This document shows, piece by piece, positions 61,905-64,000 of a stretch of 64,000 bases of DNA; positions within the stretch are counted from its first letter, which is position 1; each line of letters opens with the position of its first letter. The DNA comes from Ylistrum balloti (Eukaryota): positions 310,001 to 374,000 of the forward strand of contig NW_026782071.1 in the NCBI RefSeq assembly GCF_031769215.1, written 5' to 3'. A program made the position numbers and the translations under genes. The notes under the pieces are model-generated. The model was not told where the DNA came from and did no database searches. It was given only the letters and a program-made list of their open reading frames with translations.

Positions 61905-62520
61905 GATATAGGGTTGAGAGTGGGTAAAGTTGGGGTAGAGATATGGTTGAGAGTGGGTAAAGGCAGGGTAGAGATAGGGTTGAGAGTTGGTGAAAGTGGG
62001 ACAGAGATAGGGTTGAGAGTGGGTAAGGGCGGGGTAGAGATAAGGTTGAGAGTGGGAAAAGGCAGGGTAGAGATATGTTTGAGAGTGGGTAAGGGCGGGG
62101 AGGAGATAAGGTTGAGAGCGGGTAAAGGCAGGGTAGAGATATGTTTTAGAGTGGGTAAGGGCAGGGTAGAGATAAGGTTGAGAGTGGGTAAAGGCAGGGT
62201 AGAGATATGTTTGAGAGTGGGTAAGGGCGGGGAAGAGATAAGGTTGAGAGTGGGTAAAGGCAGGGTAGAGATAGGGTTGAGAGTTGGTGGAGGTAGGGCA
62301 GAGATAGGGTTGAGAGTGGGTAAGGGCGGGGTAGAGATAAGGTTGAGAGTGGGTAAAGGCAGGGTAGAGATATGTTTGAGAGTGGGTAAGGGCGGGGAAG
62401 AGATAAGGTTGAGAGTGGGTAAAGGCAGGGTAGAGATATGTTTGAGAGTGGGTAAGGGCGGAGTAGGGATAAGGTTGAGAGTTGGTAAAGGCAGGGTAGA
62501 GATAGGGGTGAGAGCGAGTG
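61905..62520. repeat. 33-bp G-rich minisatellite (~18 copies)
   Basis: Unit GAGATA(G/A)GGTTGAGAGTGGGTAA(G/A)GGC(G/A)GGGTA, giving the 11-aa EIRLRVGKGRV repeat ORF. Confidence 0.95.
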
Positions 62521-63174
62521 AAGGCGGGGTAGGAATGTGGGGGTAGTGGTAGGAGTGGTTGAAGAGATGTGGTGTAGGGTTGAGGGTGAATGAAAATGAG
62601 GTAAAAGGCGAAGAATGGGTGGAAGCGGGGTAGGGGGTATGTAGTGGTTGAGAGGGAGCGGACAAATTTCATTAACATGCATGAGGCAGGATGTCAGGAT
62701 GCAGTGTAGGAAATATGTCTATAGTCGGAGGGAGTGTAGGATACGTGTTTCTTTTGATAATAATATACTGGACTTACTAAGCCTATATATCCAGATCATA
62801 GTTTAAAAGAATTAGTATCCCGAATAGAGATCAGTGTGTTAATGTCTAGTTCATGATTATAAACACATTCAGCTTGCCTCCAATGATTATCCAATCGGGA
62901 TTCGAAACTTTTGAATCGTTGCAATGACATTAGGAATTGAATTCCAGTGGTTTAGTCAGAATCCTATGTGGAGAATGTGCTCGTAGTAAATGTGGGAATA
63001 GCTGGAATGTCATGCGGGAATGTGATCGGACGACAGTGCGGGAAAAGCGACTGTAACCGGACAATGAATCTAGTTGGGAAACAGAGTGGAGAACATGTCC
63101 TCAGTATACAGGGAGTGTGGAGAGGGTGTCAGCAATATGGAGGTAGTATGAAAATTGTGTTCATTGTCGGGAGG

Positions 63175-64000
63175 CAGTGAGGAGAATGTGTCTGTTGTGA
63201 GAGACAGTGTGGAGAATGTGTTTGTTGTAGGGAGACAGTGTGGAGAATGTGTGTATTGTAGGGAGACAGTGTGGAGAATGTGTCTGTTGTAGGGAGACAG
63301 TATGGAGAATGTGTCTTATGTAGGGAGACAGTATGGATAATGTGTCTGATGTAGGGAGACAGTGTGGAGAATGTGTCTGTTGTAGGGAGCCAGTGTGGAG
63401 AATGTGTCTGTTGTAGGGAGACAGTGTGGAGAATGTGTCTGTAGTAGGGAGACAGTTGTTGTAGGGAAACAGTATGGAGAATGTGTCTGTTGTAGGGAGA
63501 CAGTGTGGAGAATGTGTCTGTTGTAGGGAGACAGTGTGGAGAATGTGTCTGTTGTAGGGAGACAGTGTGGAGAATTTGTCTGTTGTAGGGAGACAGTATG
63601 GAAAATGTGTCTGATGTAGGGAGACAGTGTGGAGAATGTGTTTGTTGTAGGGAGACAGTGTGTAGAATGTGTCTGTTGTATGAAGACAGTGTAGATAATG
63701 TGTCTGTTGTAGGGAGACAGTATAGAGAATTTGTCTGTTGTAGGGAAACAGTGTAGAGAATGTGTCTGTTGTAGGGAAACAGTATGAAGAATGTGTCTGT
63801 TGTAGGGAGACAGTATTGAGAATGTGTCTGTTGTAGGGAGACAGTATGGAGAATGTGTCTGATGTAGGGAGACAGTGTGGAGAATGTGTCTGTTGTAGGG
63901 AGCCAGTGTGGAGAATGTGTCTGTTGAAGGGAAACAGTGTGGAGAATGTGTCTGTTGTAGGGAGACAGCGTGGAGAATGTGTCTGTTGTAGGGAGACAGT
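63175..64000. repeat. 31-bp minisatellite (at least 26 copies, runs off the window end)
   Basis: Unit GTGTGGAGAATGTGTCTGTTGTAGGGAGACA. Confidence 0.97.

Noticed and set aside
59496-62678. 1060-aa Pro/Thr/His/Tyr-rich extensin-like ORF and overlapping ORFs (60938-62665, 61851-62546, 62146-62682)
   Set aside because: They lie in a G-rich satellite whose plus strand rarely has TTA/CTA/TCA, so minus-strand stops are naturally scarce. Several frames are open at once and there is no non-repeat domain.
1995-64000. CRISPR-like appearance of regular 28-56 bp repeats
   Set aside because: The units are contiguous with no unique spacers, there are no cas genes, and the context is eukaryotic.
1-64000. 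Remaining 60-130 aa ORFs in unique sequence (e.g. 18839-19171, 38214-38402, 50558-50839, 57259-57573)
   Set aside because: Many use non-ATG starts, none has a recognisable domain, and their lengths are compatible with chance in this window.

Overview
AT-rich eukaryotic (invertebrate) genomic window, most likely from a lophotrochozoan such as a bivalve mollusc. That assignment is inferred from repeat style and sprouty sequence and is not proven. Only one protein-coding gene is well supported: a sprouty homolog whose whole 265-aa CDS lies in one exon (14402-15199, +). It has a strong upstream splice acceptor, a cluster of uORFs and a long 3' region. The region from about 6.9 to 21.8 kb is strongly CpG-depleted, which looks like a gene-body methylation footprint of this gene. 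The rest is a gene desert in which roughly a quarter to a third of the window is tandem repeats (about 13 unrelated 23-56 bp minisatellite families), plus SINE remnants, Helentron/MITE-like elements and a 155-N assembly gap. All other long ORFs in the track are by-products of repeats or antisense frames. The most interesting observations are: (i) a diverged local duplication in which one copy holds a single 45-bp monomer and the other a ~19-copy array; (ii) a ~0.7-kb Helentron-like element inserted at a TT inside a satellite unit; (iii) a ~2.1-kb inverted pair of related satellite arrays; (iv) a uORF whose stop overlaps the sprouty ATG; (v) a satellite changing consensus mid-array. I did not find a convincing new multi-gene system. 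All coordinates and counts were read manually.
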